Source of the DNA: Anaerohalosphaeraceae bacterium
GTDB lineage: Bacteria; Planctomycetota; Phycisphaerae; Sedimentisphaerales; Anaerohalosphaeraceae
Assembly (NCBI GenBank): GCA_963675525.2
Contig: CAXXSL010000016.1
Span: 928,001 to 992,000 of the forward strand
DNA length: 64,000 nucleotides
Reading direction: 5' to 3'
The translations under genes and the position numbers were made by a program. Shown here piece by piece: positions 1 to 9,810 of the stretch. The first letter of the stretch is position 1; the number at the start of each line of letters is the position of its first letter. The notes below the pieces were generated by a model that was not told where the DNA came from, did not search any database, and saw nothing but the letters and a program-made list of their open reading frames with translations.

Positions 1-566
1 TTTTTATATTTTTCGCGCCAGTTGTTGTCCGGCGCCAGCCAGACCGCAAACGTCTCGGCGAAGTCTTCATCCGGATGGCACTGGGCATAATAGTCGTCCA
101 GGTGCACGACGAATCGCCGCGAGTACGGACGGTATTGATAGGTGTCGGAATAATGGGACGAGAACGCCCCGAACAATTCGCGCCAGCGCGTGCGGGTATA
201 AAGCTTGTAAGCGTAGTTGATCGCGTGCCCGCATTCGTGGCGCAGCAGTTTGATGCAGTCTTTTTCGTTGCCGCCTTCGGCCTCGTACATCATCTTGGTC
301 TCGAGCGCCTTAAGCCGCGGATGCGCCAGACAGAAGGGAATGCCGATGATCGGCTCCTTATCCGGACACAGCCATTCATCCGCCAGGTAGCAGGGCGGTC
401 GAAACCCGATGCCTTTATCCGCCAGTTCCTCATACAGCTGGTCCACCATCGGCTCCAGCGGCGAGCCGTCCAATTTCAGGTTAAGGTCCTTGACCCGCAC
501 GTCGAGTAATTCATCGTCGCTGAGGTCTTCCCAGTTCAGGATGTCTTTTTTTCCGGCCACACGCAC
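1..566 (-). CDS. Putative zinc metallopeptidase, 3' end outside the window (not in ORF track)
   Basis: Manual translation of the minus strand gives ...KLLRHECGHAINYAY (HExxH)...YAQCHPDEDFAETFAVWL. GTG start at 566 or 560 after GGGGGA; open to the window edge. Confidence 0.75.
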   Translation of the reverse strand, partial: MRVAGKKDILNWEDLSDDELLDVRVKDLNLKLDGSPLEPMVDQLYEELADKGIGFRPPCYLADEWLCPDKEPIIGIPFCLAHPRLKALETKMMYEAEGGNEKDCIKLLRHECGHAINYAYKLYTRTRWRELFGAFSSHYSDTYQYRPYSRRFVVHLDDYYAQCHPDEDFAETFAVWLAPDNNWREKYK

Positions 567-618
567 AATATCCCCCGTAGTTGTTTAAAAATCAAGGAAA
601 AACCCTCAAAAGAATCCC

Positions 619-647
619 TTGACGGGATTCGCCGCAGCGGGTATAGT
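619..647 (+). promoter_or_regulatory. Sigma70-type promoter
   Basis: TTGACG (619-624), 17-nt spacer, TATAGT (642-647). Confidence 0.7.
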
Positions 648-656
648 TCGATGGAA

Positions 657-782
657 ATGACGACAAAAGCTCAAATAGTCTGTTCGTTCAGTGTGTTTAC
701 TGGTATAGCCGGGGCGAAGAATTCCAGCGGCATTATCGGTATGATCAGCATCATTATTCCCGGAGACGGTAAGCTGCTCTGA
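657..782 (+). CDS. Ile-rich attenuator leader peptide (alternative ATG at 651)
   Basis: MTTKAQIVCSFSVFTGIAGAKNSSGIIGMISIIIPGDGKLL*; 6 Ile in 9 codons at 732-758. Confidence 0.75.
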   Translation: MTTKAQIVCSFSVFTGIAGAKNSSGIIGMISIIIPGDGKLL

Positions 783-805
783 ATGAAGTAGGATGAGTGA
801 ATTTT

Positions 806-843
806 AAGGCCTTTCAGAGCAACATGTTCTGGAAGGCCTTTTT
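806..843 (+). terminator. Attenuator terminator hairpin
   Basis: AAGGCCTTTCAGAGCA/aca/TGTTCTGGAAGGCCTT followed by a T-run. The 5' arm (813-821) is also complementary to 775-783. Confidence 0.8.
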
Positions 844-875
844 AATGGATGATTGATGAGTGAATACGGATTAAT

Positions 876-1406
876 TTGGAAGGAACAGTTTTGCAGCAGT
901 TGGTGGAATTGACATTGGAGATGGAAACGCAATTTATGGAGTTCCGTCAGGCTTTGGTGCCGGAAGACCCACAGAACCGCTGGTTGTTTGAGTACAAGGG
1001 AGAGCCTTTTCCTGCTCTCGTGGAGAAGTTACAGGATTGGAAGCATGGCAAACAACTGCCGGATGGGTGGGTTCGGTGCTCGACGCTCTATCTGATTCGA
1101 GAGGACGGAACCATTCTGGGTAAAAGTTCATTACGGCATGAATTAAACGACTTTTTGAGAACCATCGGCGGCCATATTGGATATATCATTCGCCCGGGCC
1201 AAAGGCAGAAAGGAAACGGAACGGCGATTTTAAAACTGACACTTCAGAAAGCCAAAGAGCTTGGATTGACTCGGGTGTTAGTAACCAGCGATGAGGATAA
1301 TATCGCCTCGACGAAGATCATCGAAAAAAACGGCGGTGTATTTGAGGATACATATCAGGAAAACAAAATGGCAGTCCCCAAACGCCGATACTGGATCGAA
1401 TTATAA
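876..1406 (+). CDS. GNAT N-acetyltransferase
   Basis: GHIGYIIRPGQRQKGNG acetyl-CoA motif and NIASTKIIEKNGG; exact start uncertain. Confidence 0.85.
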   Translation: MEGTVLQQLVELTLEMETQFMEFRQALVPEDPQNRWLFEYKGEPFPALVEKLQDWKHGKQLPDGWVRCSTLYLIREDGTILGKSSLRHELNDFLRTIGGHIGYIIRPGQRQKGNGTAILKLTLQKAKELGLTRVLVTSDEDNIASTKIIEKNGGVFEDTYQENKMAVPKRRYWIEL

Positions 1407-1419
1407 AAAGGAGACAACG

Positions 1420-1977
1420 ATGGCGATAATTGAACCGAGAATCGTCACATTGAAAAACGGCAAAGAAGCCTGCATTCGAACGCGAACACTTGAGGATGCT
1501 GAAAAATCGCTGAAATGTATCGAGACAGTTTTTGCCGACGACCGGTTTTTCTTGACCACGCTTGACGAGATCAGACAACAATTATCCGTTGAAAAGTATA
1601 GTGAACGAACCCAATTATTTAACGAGCATGAGCAGAAACTGCTGTTGATCGCCGAGGTTGACGGGCAGATCGTTTCCATGTCTGATGTTGAATGTGGCGA
1701 AAAGTTGCGAAATCAGCATGTGGGCCGAATAGGCATCAGTATTTTGCCCGAGTATCGCCGAATCGGTCTGGGTACAGCGATAATGGAAACAATGATTGAC
1801 TGGGCCGCATCGCACCCAATCATCGAAAAACTGGCGTTGGGCGTCTGGGCGGCCAATAAACCGGCTATAGGCCTTTACGAAAAACTGGGATTTGTTGAAG
1901 AGGGCAGAAAAGTGCGTGAAGTGAAATACGCAAACGGGTATTATGATGACTGTGTGTTGATGTGTAAAATGGTGTAA
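1420..1977 (+). CDS. GNAT N-acetyltransferase
   Basis: GISILPEYRRIGLG and NKPAIGLYEKLGF; AAGGAG RBS before ATG 1420. Confidence 0.85.
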   Translation: MAIIEPRIVTLKNGKEACIRTRTLEDAEKSLKCIETVFADDRFFLTTLDEIRQQLSVEKYSERTQLFNEHEQKLLLIAEVDGQIVSMSDVECGEKLRNQHVGRIGISILPEYRRIGLGTAIMETMIDWAASHPIIEKLALGVWAANKPAIGLYEKLGFVEEGRKVREVKYANGYYDDCVLMCKMV

Positions 1978-1998
1978 ACCGTATTCAGGAGGTCTCTT

Positions 1999-4119
1999 AT
2001 GCGACGGAAAATCAACTTGGTTGTACTTATGTCAGTGCTCTTTGTATTCACCACAAACATCCTGGCTGATGTCCGGGTTGAGACAACCGCAAACCAACGG
2101 ACTCAACTGGCACTTAGCGATATAGGCACATTATCTGAATTAACTCTTGCTGCGGGTGAGAATTCAGGTATTTATTATATGACCGGTGATGAAAAACATT
2201 ACCTTTCCGGCAAGCCCGACGTCATTCAGCGCCAAGATGACGGCTTGGTGGCCCAATGGAAGGAAAATCGAATTATTACCGTGATTATTACCTTTGGACA
2301 AGACCATCATCAAATCGCATTTACGGCTGAACCATTTCATGACATCACCGGTTGGGGCATTTCCATCGCGGCTGAGCCGGATGAATACTTCACAGGTCTC
2401 ATGGAACGCGTCGTCGACGGTTCGCAGGGCAACTCCTGGAAGGCCGGCATGACCGAGGCGATGAATCTGCGCGGGCAGACGGTTAACATGAAAATCGACT
2501 ATACGGTCTCGCTCTACGCCCCGTTCTTTATCTCCTCCCGCGGTTACGGCCTGTTTACAAACGGCACCTGGATCGGCAAGTACACCTTCCCGCCCGAAGG
2601 TCAGTCCGGCACTGTGGAGATTTTCTTTGAAGGCCCGGTCTGCCAGTATATCCTTTATACCGGCTCACCCGGGCAGATTGTACGCAATCACATGATGGAT
2701 ACCGGCCCGTCGTTCCTTCCGCCAAAATGGGCCCTGCGCCCGTTCCGCTGGCGCGATGAGCATGTTCACCGTGATACCTACTATGACGGCTCCAAAGTCA
2801 ACGCCCCTTACAACAGCGAAATCGTCGAAGATGTGCTGATGATGGAGGCCCTTGGCATTCCCTGCGGCGTGTATTGGGTGGACCGGCCGTGGGGCAAAAA
2901 CGAAACCGGTTTCGGCTACGATGACCTGGAATATGACGAGCAGCGTCTGCCCAATACCAAAAAAATGATCCAATGGCTCAATGAAAAAGACATTAAGTTT
3001 CTGTTGTGGATCTGTCCCTGGGCGGTTGGTGAGAAGATGGAGGCCGAGGCATTCAAGAACGATTATGTCATTGCGGTGCCCGGTTGGGAATATAGTGGGG
3101 GCAAACGGCCTAATTTCATTGACTTAACCAATCCAATGGCCGTTCAATGGTGGCAGGGGTATTTGAAGAAACTCCTTAAAGATGGTGTGGCCGGCTTTAA
3201 AATGGATCGCGGAGAAGAACACACACCGCTTTTATATAAGTCTAATCAAACAGTGTACGACGGACGAAGCGGGCGCGAAGTTTACAATGACTACATGCGT
3301 CTTTATGCCAAAGCCGCCTATGAAGTCTGTCAGGAAGTTCACGGTGATGATTTTATGATTATGCCCCGCGCCGGCTACACGGGCAGTACAAAATACGCCG
3401 GATTCTGGGCCGGTGATACGTACGGCACACCGTGGGGTTTGCGATCGGCCATTATCGGCGGTCTGCGTGCCGCGGTCATCGGTTACCCGGTCTGGGGTTC
3501 GGACACCGGCGGCTATGCTTACCATGAACAAATAGACGGCAAACGACAAAAAAGTTTTCTCCCTAAAACCGGCTGCCGCTGGCTGGCCTTTAGCTGTTTT
3601 TGCCCCATCATGGAAGTCGGACCGACAGCCAATAAAGGGCCGTGGGAAATCGATGATACTCTCACCGCAGTCTGGCGTATGTACGCGATTTTGCATGACA
3701 ACCTGACCGACTATACCTATCAATACGCCAAAGAAGCGCACGATATCGGAATGCCGGTCATGCGTCCGCTATTTTTGGTATATCCCGACCAGCCTCAAAG
3801 CTGGGACGACTGGCAAACCTATCTCTACGGCCCGGATATCCTGGTATCGGCCATCTGGCAGGACGACGACACCGTCACCCAAAAAGTCTATCTGCCCAAA
3901 GGCGACCAGTGGGTCGACGCCTGGGACACAACAAATGTGCTGGATGGCGGACAAACCATCGAAGTGGAGTGTCCGATTTATAAAATTCCCATTTACATCC
4001 GCAAGACAAGCGAGATAAAGCTGGGCGACCTGAATGCACTCTGGGCCGAATCCGTGAAAGTCGTCAAAAACAAACCCACCATGGCTGAACTTGAAAAACG
4101 AGCGGGATTTATTGAATGA
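1999..4119 (+). CDS. Secreted glycoside hydrolase family 31
   Basis: Signal peptide; GFKMDRGE nucleophile region, WAGD, WGSDTGGY, PVMRPL. Confidence 0.85.
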   Translation: MRRKINLVVLMSVLFVFTTNILADVRVETTANQRTQLALSDIGTLSELTLAAGENSGIYYMTGDEKHYLSGKPDVIQRQDDGLVAQWKENRIITVIITFGQDHHQIAFTAEPFHDITGWGISIAAEPDEYFTGLMERVVDGSQGNSWKAGMTEAMNLRGQTVNMKIDYTVSLYAPFFISSRGYGLFTNGTWIGKYTFPPEGQSGTVEIFFEGPVCQYILYTGSPGQIVRNHMMDTGPSFLPPKWALRPFRWRDEHVHRDTYYDGSKVNAPYNSEIVEDVLMMEALGIPCGVYWVDRPWGKNETGFGYDDLEYDEQRLPNTKKMIQWLNEKDIKFLLWICPWAVGEKMEAEAFKNDYVIAVPGWEYSGGKRPNFIDLTNPMAVQWWQGYLKKLLKDGVAGFKMDRGEEHTPLLYKSNQTVYDGRSGREVYNDYMRLYAKAAYEVCQEVHGDDFMIMPRAGYTGSTKYAGFWAGDTYGTPWGLRSAIIGGLRAAVIGYPVWGSDTGGYAYHEQIDGKRQKSFLPKTGCRWLAFSCFCPIMEVGPTANKGPWEIDDTLTAVWRMYAILHDNLTDYTYQYAKEAHDIGMPVMRPLFLVYPDQPQSWDDWQTYLYGPDILVSAIWQDDDTVTQKVYLPKGDQWVDAWDTTNVLDGGQTIEVECPIYKIPIYIRKTSEIKLGDLNALWAESVKVVKNKPTMAELEKRAGFIE

Positions 4120-4140
4120 TAAATAGAAAATCTCACATCT

Positions 4141-4845
4141 ATGGTTAACAGGAAACAATCACGATTCAGGCCTTTGTCGCACGGATTAGAAATCCTCTAC
4201 GAAGACCGCGATCTGCTCGTCGTCAATAAGCCCGCGGGGCTGTTGACCGTTAAGACAGAGACGGAAAAGAGCCGGACGGTTCACTATATTCTGACCGATT
4301 ATGTGAGGAAGGGAAATCCGAAGTCCCGGAACCAGGTCTTTACGGTTCACCGGCTGGACCAGTGGACATCCGGCGTATTGATCTTTGCAAAAAGCGAAGC
4401 GGTTAAGGATTCTTTGCAGGCCCGGTGGGAAGAGACGAAAAAAACGTATCTTGCGGCAGTTCATGGTCACTTGACAGCGAAAGAGGGAGTGATTGCCTCG
4501 TACCTGGCTGAGAACAGCAGGCATGTCGTCTATTCCACGCCGGACGCGGCCAAAGGAAAACCCGCACGTACGGCGTATAAAGTGCTTAAAGAAAAGGGGC
4601 CGTTCAGCCTACTGGAGATTCATCTGTTGACCGGCAGGAAAAACCAGGTTCGTGTCCATCTGGCCGACCAGGGGCACCCGGTTGTCGGCGACCGAAAATA
4701 CGGGGAGAATACGGATGGGTTTACGCGTTTAGCGCTTCATGCCAGGTCGATCTGCTTTAAGCATCCGATGCGGGACGAGTTGATGACGATAGAAGCGAAA
4801 GTACCGAGTTGTTTTCGTAAACTGGTGGGTGCGATTCAGCCTTAA
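4141..4845 (+). CDS. RluA-family pseudouridine synthase
   Basis: VNKPAG, VHRLDQWTSG, TGRKNQVRVH, GDRKY, LHA. Confidence 0.9.
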   Translation: MVNRKQSRFRPLSHGLEILYEDRDLLVVNKPAGLLTVKTETEKSRTVHYILTDYVRKGNPKSRNQVFTVHRLDQWTSGVLIFAKSEAVKDSLQARWEETKKTYLAAVHGHLTAKEGVIASYLAENSRHVVYSTPDAAKGKPARTAYKVLKEKGPFSLLEIHLLTGRKNQVRVHLADQGHPVVGDRKYGENTDGFTRLALHARSICFKHPMRDELMTIEAKVPSCFRKLVGAIQP

Positions 4846-4882
4846 GGGCGTTTATGAATCCGCCGGTAATTTGGGCCCGGAC

Positions 4883-4911
4883 TTGACAGAAGGGGCCCCG
4901 GCAAATACTAT
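4883..4911 (+). promoter_or_regulatory. Internal sigma70-type promoter for ileS
   Basis: TTGACA, 17-nt spacer, TACTAT. Confidence 0.55.
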
Positions 4912-4943
4912 AGGTCTTTTGAATTTTATGAAAAGGATACTAA

Positions 4944-7844
4944 ATGTCGGATACAGGCAAGAAAAAAGGATACCGCGACACACTGAATCTGCCGCAGACC
5001 GCGTTTGCGATGAAGGCAAACCTGACCCAGCGCGAGCCGCAACAGCGTAAAGCGTGGGAAAAAGCCGATATTTACAATACGATTATGGCGTCCCGTGAAA
5101 ATGTGCCGCTGTATATGCTGCACGACGGCCCGCCGTATGCCAACGGCGATATTCACATGGGACATGTGATTAACAAAGTACTCAAGGATTTTGTCGTCAA
5201 GTACAAGACCATGACCGGCTTTAAAGCTCCGTACGTTCCCGGCTGGGATTGTCACGGCCTGCCGATCGAGGTCAAGGTCATGGCCGAACTCGGCGACAAA
5301 GCCAAACAGATGAGCAAGCCCGAAATCCGAAAAGAGTGCCAGAAATACGCCTCCAAATATGTCAAACTGCAAACCAAACAGTTTAAGGCGCTGGGTGTCT
5401 TCGGCGATTTTGAAAATCCGTATCTGACCCTCAAGCCGCAGTACGAGCAGGGGATTCTGGAAATCTTCGCCGAACTGGTCGGTAACGGACTGGTCTATAA
5501 ACAGCTTAAACCGATTCACTGGTCGATTGGTTGCGAAACGGCATTGGCCGATGCGGAGTTGGAGTATAAAGACGTTACCTCGTCGAGTGTGTATGTGAAT
5601 TTTCCAATGGATGACGCCGCGGCTCAAAAGGTGCGGGACATGGGCCTTGCCCCCGCGGACAGTAAAGTCTGTTTTATGATTTGGACGACGACACCGTGGA
5701 CACTTGCGGCCAACTTAGCGGTCGCCTTGCATCCGAGGCTGGATTATGTCGGTCTGACCTATGACAAAGACGGCACGAAGTTTACTTCGATTATTTGTGC
5801 GGAGCGATTGGAGGCGGTTGTTAAAGCCGCCGGACTGCAGGACGGCCAATATTCCGTTAGCGAACCGGCTAAAGGCGTCGGGTTTGAAAAGCTTCGTTAC
5901 GTCCATCCGTATGTTGAAAAAAATCCCACCGAGCAGGACGCCTACTTTGCGATCAATGCCGAGTATGTCACCACCGAAGACGGCACCGGCATTGTCCACA
6001 TCGCCCCCGGCCACGGTGCTGAGGACTACCTGGAAGGCATGCGCAACGGCTTGGCCGTCTATTCCCCGGTTATGGATAACGGCTGTTATGATGACACCGT
6101 TCCCGATTGGCTTGTCGGCAAAAGCGTGCTGAAGGTGGACAAAGAAATCAATGCGCATCTCCGCAATATCGGTCTGCTCGTACATGAAGAGGGCATTTCG
6201 CACAGCTATCCGCATTGCTGGCGCAGCAAAATGCCGGTCATCTTCCGCGCCACCGAACAGTGGTTTGTTTGTGTGGACAGAGGGATTGAGAAATTTGATA
6301 ACAAACCGCTACGGACGCTGGCGATGGAGCAAATCAAGGATGTCAAGTGGGTTCCCGGCTGGGGACAGAAGCGCATTCAGGGCATGCTCGAATCGCGCCC
6401 GGACTGGTGCATCAGCCGCCAGCGCTCATGGGGACTTCCCATCCCGGCGTTCATCACCGGCGACGGCAGAACCCTGCTCACCAAAGAATCCGTTACAGCC
6501 GTGGCCAACTATATCGGTCAAAAAGGCTCTAATAGCTGGTTCACCGATTCACCGAAAGAGATTCTCGGCGAAGATTTCCAATTGCCGGAAGGTTTCAGTT
6601 GGGACGACCTGCAAAAGGAAGAAAATATTTTCGATGTATGGTTCGAGTCCGGCTGCAGTTGGCACAGTGTCATCGAAATGGCCGGCTACGACGTTCCCGT
6701 GGACCTGTATCTGGAAGGCTCCGACCAGCATCGCGGCTGGTTCCAGTTGTCGCTGCTGCCCGCGCTGGGCGCGATGGGCAAACCCCCGTTCAAAACCGTT
6801 CTGACGCACGGGTTTACCGTCGATGAAAAAGGCATGAAGCAGTCCAAGTCCGCCGGCAACTATGTCAGCGCGCTGGAGGAGGTCGAAAAATACGGCGCCG
6901 ATATCCTGCGGCTGTGGGTGTCCAGCGTCAATTACCAGGAAGACATGCGCTGCAGCGATGAGCTCATCGGCCGCCTGCAGGACGCCTACCGCAAGATCCG
7001 CAATACCCTGCGCTACCTGATGAGCAATATTAATGACTTTGTGCCCGCCGACATGAACGTCGATTACAAAGACATGCAGTTGATCGACCAGTGGGCGATG
7101 GAGAAACTGCAATCGCTGATCGCCAAAGTGCATGATGCGTATGAAAACTTTATGTTCCATCGTGTCTTCGGCCTGATTTACAATTTCTGCACGGTCGAGA
7201 TGAGCAGCATTTACATGGATGTATTGAAGGATCGCATGTACTGCGATGCCAAGAGCAGCCAAAGCCGCCGCAGCGGTCAGACGGTCATGTACAAAATCCT
7301 TGACGCACTTGTGCGAATGCTGGCGCCGATCCTGGCGCACACCGCCGAAGAGGCTTGGGCCGCGATGGAATACAAAGGCGAAAATGTTGACAGTGTGCAT
7401 CTGGCCTCTATGCCGACCGCCGATAAAACGATCGACTCGACAGCCAATGAAACCCGGTGGAGTAAAATATTTGAACTTCGTGATGATGTTCTTAATGAAT
7501 GTGAACGACTCAGAAATAACGGGATAATTGCGAGTAATCAAGAAGCAAAAATAACCATTGAAACGATAGATGATCTAACCATTCAGGCTTTTAATGAGTT
7601 CTCTGTTAAAGATTTTGAGCAATTGTGTATTGTCAGCGAAGTTGTTCTTGATACGGATTCAACGAAATGGAATAATGAAAACACTTTGTATGATGGTAAT
7701 ATTGTAAGCTGTATTCCAAGAATTAAAGGTGAAAAAAGCCCCTACGCCAAATGTGAGCGCTGCTGGAACTATTGGCCCAGTGTCGGGCAAAATACGGACT
7801 GGCCAGACCTGTGCCGCCGCTGTGTGGAAGTCATGACAGAATAA
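4944..7844 (+). CDS. ileS: Isoleucine--tRNA ligase (type 1)
   Basis: HDGPPYANGDIHMGH, GWDCHGLP, WTTTPWT, DWCISRQR, EGSDQHRGWF, KQSKS, C-terminal CERC...CRRC zinc finger. Confidence 0.97.
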   Translation: MSDTGKKKGYRDTLNLPQTAFAMKANLTQREPQQRKAWEKADIYNTIMASRENVPLYMLHDGPPYANGDIHMGHVINKVLKDFVVKYKTMTGFKAPYVPGWDCHGLPIEVKVMAELGDKAKQMSKPEIRKECQKYASKYVKLQTKQFKALGVFGDFENPYLTLKPQYEQGILEIFAELVGNGLVYKQLKPIHWSIGCETALADAELEYKDVTSSSVYVNFPMDDAAAQKVRDMGLAPADSKVCFMIWTTTPWTLAANLAVALHPRLDYVGLTYDKDGTKFTSIICAERLEAVVKAAGLQDGQYSVSEPAKGVGFEKLRYVHPYVEKNPTEQDAYFAINAEYVTTEDGTGIVHIAPGHGAEDYLEGMRNGLAVYSPVMDNGCYDDTVPDWLVGKSVLKVDKEINAHLRNIGLLVHEEGISHSYPHCWRSKMPVIFRATEQWFVCVDRGIEKFDNKPLRTLAMEQIKDVKWVPGWGQKRIQGMLESRPDWCISRQRSWGLPIPAFITGDGRTLLTKESVTAVANYIGQKGSNSWFTDSPKEILGEDFQLPEGFSWDDLQKEENIFDVWFESGCSWHSVIEMAGYDVPVDLYLEGSDQHRGWFQLSLLPALGAMGKPPFKTVLTHGFTVDEKGMKQSKSAGNYVSALEEVEKYGADILRLWVSSVNYQEDMRCSDELIGRLQDAYRKIRNTLRYLMSNINDFVPADMNVDYKDMQLIDQWAMEKLQSLIAKVHDAYENFMFHRVFGLIYNFCTVEMSSIYMDVLKDRMYCDAKSSQSRRSGQTVMYKILDALVRMLAPILAHTAEEAWAAMEYKGENVDSVHLASMPTADKTIDSTANETRWSKIFELRDDVLNECERLRNNGIIASNQEAKITIETIDDLTIQAFNEFSVKDFEQLCIVSEVVLDTDSTKWNNENTLYDGNIVSCIPRIKGEKSPYAKCERCWNYWPSVGQNTDWPDLCRRCVEVMTE

Positions 7845-8030
7845 GATATATATTGTACGCTTAAAACAATCTAAACAGATAAAGGAATGCCGCAGACATA
7901 TGGGTATTCCTTTATTTATTGATTTATTGCAACAGTTCCCATTTTCGGGCATCTTAAGAATAGGCTTGACGCGAAGACACTCCAGCCTTAGACTTCTAAA
8001 AAATGTTCATGTTTTTGAAAGGAGATTAGG

Positions 8031-8327
8031 ATGGATACCTACGGTCCGGGTTCGGATGTGGCACCTGTTTTCGCAGGATGTTTTTTTTTGGTATGGATTG
8101 TTTTTGCTCTGGCGATGCTCGTATTTATGGCGCTGGTCTATTGGAAGATCTTCTCCAAGGCGGGTTATCCCGGCGCATTAGGATTGCTGATGCTGGTCCC
8201 GATCGCCAATATTGTGATGCTGCTCATATTGGCTTTTGGACAGTGGCCCATTCATCGCGAGTTGGAGGCCTATCGGCAGGCTCACCAGGCTCCGTCGCCG
8301 GCAACCGGATCGCCTTTGCGGCACTGA
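8031..8327 (+). CDS. Small membrane protein (DUF5684-like)
   Basis: Two hydrophobic segments; WKIFSKAGYPG...LVPIAN resembles the C-terminus of 17230-18816; AAGGAG RBS. Confidence 0.65.
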   Translation: MDTYGPGSDVAPVFAGCFFLVWIVFALAMLVFMALVYWKIFSKAGYPGALGLLMLVPIANIVMLLILAFGQWPIHRELEAYRQAHQAPSPATGSPLRH

Positions 8328-8353
8328 TCTTCAAAATCTCTAATTGAATCAAT

Positions 8354-8395
8354 AAAAAAAAGCCGCCGGATCGTTTAAGGTCCCGCGGCTTTTTT
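8354..8395. terminator. Bidirectional intrinsic terminator
   Basis: AAAAAAGCCGC...GCGGCTTTTTT between convergent genes. Confidence 0.8.
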
Positions 8396-8411
8396 GTGTG
8401 CGATTAAAGTG

Positions 8412-9617
8412 TTACTCTTCTGCGGGCGGTGCTGTCGCCGGTGCTGCTGTTTCCGTTGAGCCTTCCTGGGCGGCCTGCTGGGCCTGCTGTTGGGCCATTT
8501 GAGCCTGGATCTGCTGCATCATTTGCTGCTGCATCTGCTGCTGCTGATTGACTTTGTCACGTAAAGCCTGTTCTTTGGCGGAATACTCTACCTTGAGATT
8601 TTCCTTCAACTGTTTTTGAAGGAGGAAAGAAATGATCTTGGGCTGTGCCTCTTCAAACGGTTCTTTCTCGGCTTTCATCTTTTCAGAAAGCTTGATAATG
8701 TGGTAGCCGAACTGTGTTTCAACCAGATCGCTGATTGCGCCGACTTCAAGTGCAAAAGCGGTATCCTCAAACGGTTTGACCATTTTTCCTCGCGGGAAGG
8801 TGTATTCGCCGCCATTATCCTTGGAACCTGGGTCCTCTGAGTACTCTTTGGCCAGCGCGGCAAAATCTTCTCCGGCTTTCGCTTTGGCCAGAACTTCTTC
8901 GGCCTTTGCTTTTGTGGCGGCTTTCGCTTCATCCCCGGCGCCGGAATCGGACTTGATCAGAATATGACTGGCTCTGACCTGCTCGGGTTTTTCAAAATAA
9001 GCAGGATTTTCGTCATAGAATTTTTTGGCTTCGGCAACCAATGCCTCATCCTTTTGGCTCGCCTGGGCCACCTCCATCATCAGGACTTGAGGACGTACCT
9101 GTAATTTCAGGTCATCCATGGTCATTCCGTATTGGGAGATTTCGGCCTGCACCTCATCGAGTGTTTGTCCCTGTTGTTCTGCGATTTTGACAATTTCTTC
9201 CATCACTCTGTCATCTGAAACCGAAACATTCCATTTTTCGGCGAGTTGGTTCATGGCTGTCTGCTGCACGAGCATATCCACGACGCCCTTTCGAACCATG
9301 TCTTTCTGAGCGTCCGGAAAGGGCTGGCCTTCGGGTGCGCGTTTCTTCATGCCTTCAATGCGTTTATTGGCTTCTGCGGCGACAACGGCCTCCGTGATGG
9401 GTTGGCCGTTAACGGTCGCGACGACGTCATCGGGATCTGCCTGGGCGACCGGTTCCTGTTCAGCAGGTGTGGTCGGCTCAACAGCTGGCTTAACAGCAGG
9501 TTCAACAGGTTGTTCAACGACTGGCGTTGAAATCTGCTGGGAGGGTTCTTCTTTTTCGCATCCCCAGAATGCGACTGTCAACACGATAATGCAGGTAAGC
9601 CCCAGTAAAAATCTCAT
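8412..9617 (-). CDS. Parvulin-type peptidyl-prolyl isomerase lipoprotein (SurA/PrsA-like)
   Basis: Lipobox [35 protein letters not shown]; Gln-rich tail. Confidence 0.9.
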   Translation of the reverse strand: MRFLLGLTCIIVLTVAFWGCEKEEPSQQISTPVVEQPVEPAVKPAVEPTTPAEQEPVAQADPDDVVATVNGQPITEAVVAAEANKRIEGMKKRAPEGQPFPDAQKDMVRKGVVDMLVQQTAMNQLAEKWNVSVSDDRVMEEIVKIAEQQGQTLDEVQAEISQYGMTMDDLKLQVRPQVLMMEVAQASQKDEALVAEAKKFYDENPAYFEKPEQVRASHILIKSDSGAGDEAKAATKAKAEEVLAKAKAGEDFAALAKEYSEDPGSKDNGGEYTFPRGKMVKPFEDTAFALEVGAISDLVETQFGYHIIKLSEKMKAEKEPFEEAQPKIISFLLQKQLKENLKVEYSAKEQALRDKVNQQQQMQQQMMQQIQAQMAQQQAQQAAQEGSTETAAPATAPPAEE

Positions 9618-9810
9618 TTGAATTCCTTTCTGTAAAGTTTTTTGTTTTGCGATATAACAAGGGGCCATTCAGGATGGCCCATATTTACCTTTACTGAACG
9701 CTGCTTATAGCAATTTAAGGGTTGCATTCTAAGGGTTTTGGCCGCAGGATGCAAAGGATTAAAAAATATCTTTCAAACCATCCAAATTGCATCCGAAAGC
9801 ACTATAATGG

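Noticed and set aside
75..509. + strand ORF, and other long antisense ORFs such as 6549-7541 and 15429-16706
   Set aside because: These are shadows of well-supported genes on the opposite strand.
4850..4943. T-box riboswitch before ileS (also checked before asnS and glyQS)
   Set aside because: No T-box consensus or terminator architecture seen.
8470..8550. Gln-rich CAG repeats
   Set aside because: Low-complexity protein tail of the PPIase, not a DNA repeat element.
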